24,000 nucleotides of DNA from Oxalobacteraceae bacterium. GTDB lineage: Bacteria; Pseudomonadota; Gammaproteobacteria; Burkholderiales; Burkholderiaceae_D. A program made the translations under genes and the position numbers. Location: the NCBI GenBank assembly GCA_965194545.1, contig CBDAEJ010000003.1, positions 25,208 to 49,207 of the forward strand. The letters are read 5' to 3'. Positions within the stretch are counted from its first letter, which is position 1. Each line of letters opens with the position of its first letter. The notes beneath the pieces are model-generated. The model saw only the letters and a program-made list of their open reading frames with translations. It searched no databases and was not told the DNA's origin. This document shows, piece after piece, positions 22,957 to 24,000 of the stretch.

Positions 22957-23841
22957 ATGTCGCTACATCGTCTTCTCGCGCTCGCACTGATCCTGACGGG
23001 TGGTTCCGGTCTTGTATTGGCCGACACACTCGAAAAAATTACCCGGAGCGGGCGCGTCACGTTCGGCTATCGTGAATCATCGGTACCGTTCAGCTATCTT
23101 GCCGGACCACGTCAGCCTATCGGCTTTGGCGTGGATATCTACACCCATGTGATTCCTGCATTGAAGCGGGCGACTGGCCGCAATGATCTCGAGGTGAACT
23201 GGCAGGCGCTCACCTCGCAGAACCGCATACCGCTGATCGCGAATGGCACGGTCGATCTGGAGTGTGGCTCCACCAGTAACACTGCCGCCCGCGCCAAAAC
23301 CGTCGCCTTTGCGATCAATTATTTTTATACCGGCCCAAAACTTTTGGTGAAGAAGGACGCGGGTATCCATGGGTTTGATGATCTGGCGGGTAAGCGTGTT
23401 GCGGTGACAACCGGGACCACCACGATGAAGCTGCTGCGTAAGTTGGATCTTGAGCGCGGCATGAACATGCAGCTGCTGCCCGGCAAAGATCATGTGGATT
23501 CATTTTTGCTCGTCGATGCAGGTCGAGCGGTTGCATTTGCGATGGACGATATCCTGCTCTATGGCCAGATATTGAATGCTAAACAACCGGGTCAATGGCA
23601 GGTGGTGGGTACGCCACCCCAAGTGGAAGCGTATGCCTGCATGCTGAGGAAGGATGATCCGGCCTTCAAGCGGGTGGTCGATGACGTCATCATCGACTTG
23701 ATGCGCTCGGGTGAGTTTGAGCAGATTTACGCCAAGTGGTTTCTGTCACCAATACCTCCGCGAGGACGTAGCCTGAACCTACCGATGAGTGAAGCATTGC
23801 GCGATAACCTGCGTAAGCACTCCGACCAACCCGCGAACTGA
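22957..23841 (+). CDS. gltI: Glutamate/aspartate ABC transporter periplasmic binding protein (GltI-like)
   Basis: Signal peptide, then GYRESSVPFSY, LTSQNRIPLIANGTVDLECGSTSN, VTTGTT, GKDHVDSF, GRAVAFAMDD, AYACMLRKDDPAFK, WFLSPIPP. These motifs follow E. coli GltI closely as I recall it. The ATG is 2 nt after the ggt stop. Confidence 0.88.
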   Translation: MSLHRLLALALILTGGSGLVLADTLEKITRSGRVTFGYRESSVPFSYLAGPRQPIGFGVDIYTHVIPALKRATGRNDLEVNWQALTSQNRIPLIANGTVDLECGSTSNTAARAKTVAFAINYFYTGPKLLVKKDAGIHGFDDLAGKRVAVTTGTTTMKLLRKLDLERGMNMQLLPGKDHVDSFLLVDAGRAVAFAMDDILLYGQILNAKQPGQWQVVGTPPQVEAYACMLRKDDPAFKRVVDDVIIDLMRSGEFEQIYAKWFLSPIPPRGRSLNLPMSEALRDNLRKHSDQPAN

Positions 23842-23861
23842 GTAGAAGAGGAGTTTAAGGC

Positions 23862-24000
23862 GTGAGCTTGGACTGGTCGATTTTCTGTCGCAGCACCACC
23901 GGCAACGTACAACTAGCGGGTTGCTTGGGCCAGAACGGCGAACTCAGCTATTTGCAATGGCTGCTATCGGCATGGGGTTGGACCGCGACGGTAGCGTTGC
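23862..24000 (+). CDS. gltJ: Amino-acid ABC transporter permease, N-terminal fragment (GltJ-like; 3' end outside window)
   Basis: The GTG at 23862 is preceded by AAGAGGAG. The translation MSLDWSIFCRSTTGN...YLQWLLSAWGWTATVAL resembles the GltJ N-terminus (MSIDWNWGIF...YLGWIWSGFQVT..). The position after gltI is as expected. Confidence 0.7.
   Translation, partial: MSLDWSIFCRSTTGNVQLAGCLGQNGELSYLQWLLSAWGWTATVAL

Noticed and set aside
1-24000. Mobile elements, prophage, defence islands, CRISPR, tRNA/rRNA
   Set aside because: None of the ORFs resembles a transposase, integrase, recombinase, Cas or restriction enzyme. I saw no regularly spaced repeat arrays, and no tRNA-like or rRNA-like segments. 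The only compositional anomaly is the locally AT-rich ParA-like region.

Overview
Moderately GC-rich chromosomal window, probably from a betaproteobacterium. That guess rests on the gene content and on a REP-like hairpin repeat reminiscent of Neisseriales-type repeats. No rRNA, tRNA, CRISPR array, transposase or integrase was recognised.

Layout:
(1) 2-595: 3' part of an APH-fold kinase gene.
(2) 656-11520: a phenylacetate (paa) catabolic cluster. paaX is on the + strand. It converges on a long minus-strand operon, paaN-paaH-paaI-paaK-paaABCDE, which has an unexpected GT2 polyprenyl-phosphate glycosyltransferase gene appended after paaE.
(3) 12008-15343: an MFS (anion:cation symporter-like) transporter gene is packed tightly against a DCC/DUF393 thiol-disulfide oxidoreductase gene and a small Cys-rich lipoprotein gene. 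These converge on a coupled pair encoding a 171-aa single-TM protein and an HTTM-domain membrane protein. I flag this as the most likely uncharacterised system, a candidate SdpA/SdpB-like peptide maturation module.
(4) 15494-16321: a 275-aa hypothetical protein, followed by a 73-bp palindromic REP pair.
(5) 16522-17328: a secreted alpha-carbonic-anhydrase homolog that appears to lack the first zinc-ligand histidine.
(6) 17380-19273: a divergent module. A coiled-coil protein and a small 2-TM protein are on the minus strand, and a diverged, locally AT-rich ParA/MinD-type ATPase is on the + strand.
(7) 19360-21043: an orphan motB with no adjacent motA, followed 13 nt later by a gene for a secreted Ala/Pro-rich protein.
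(8) 21221-24000: ggt, tightly coupled to gltI and the start of gltJ (glutamate/aspartate ABC import).

All functional calls come from by-eye motif and family recognition. No database search was run.
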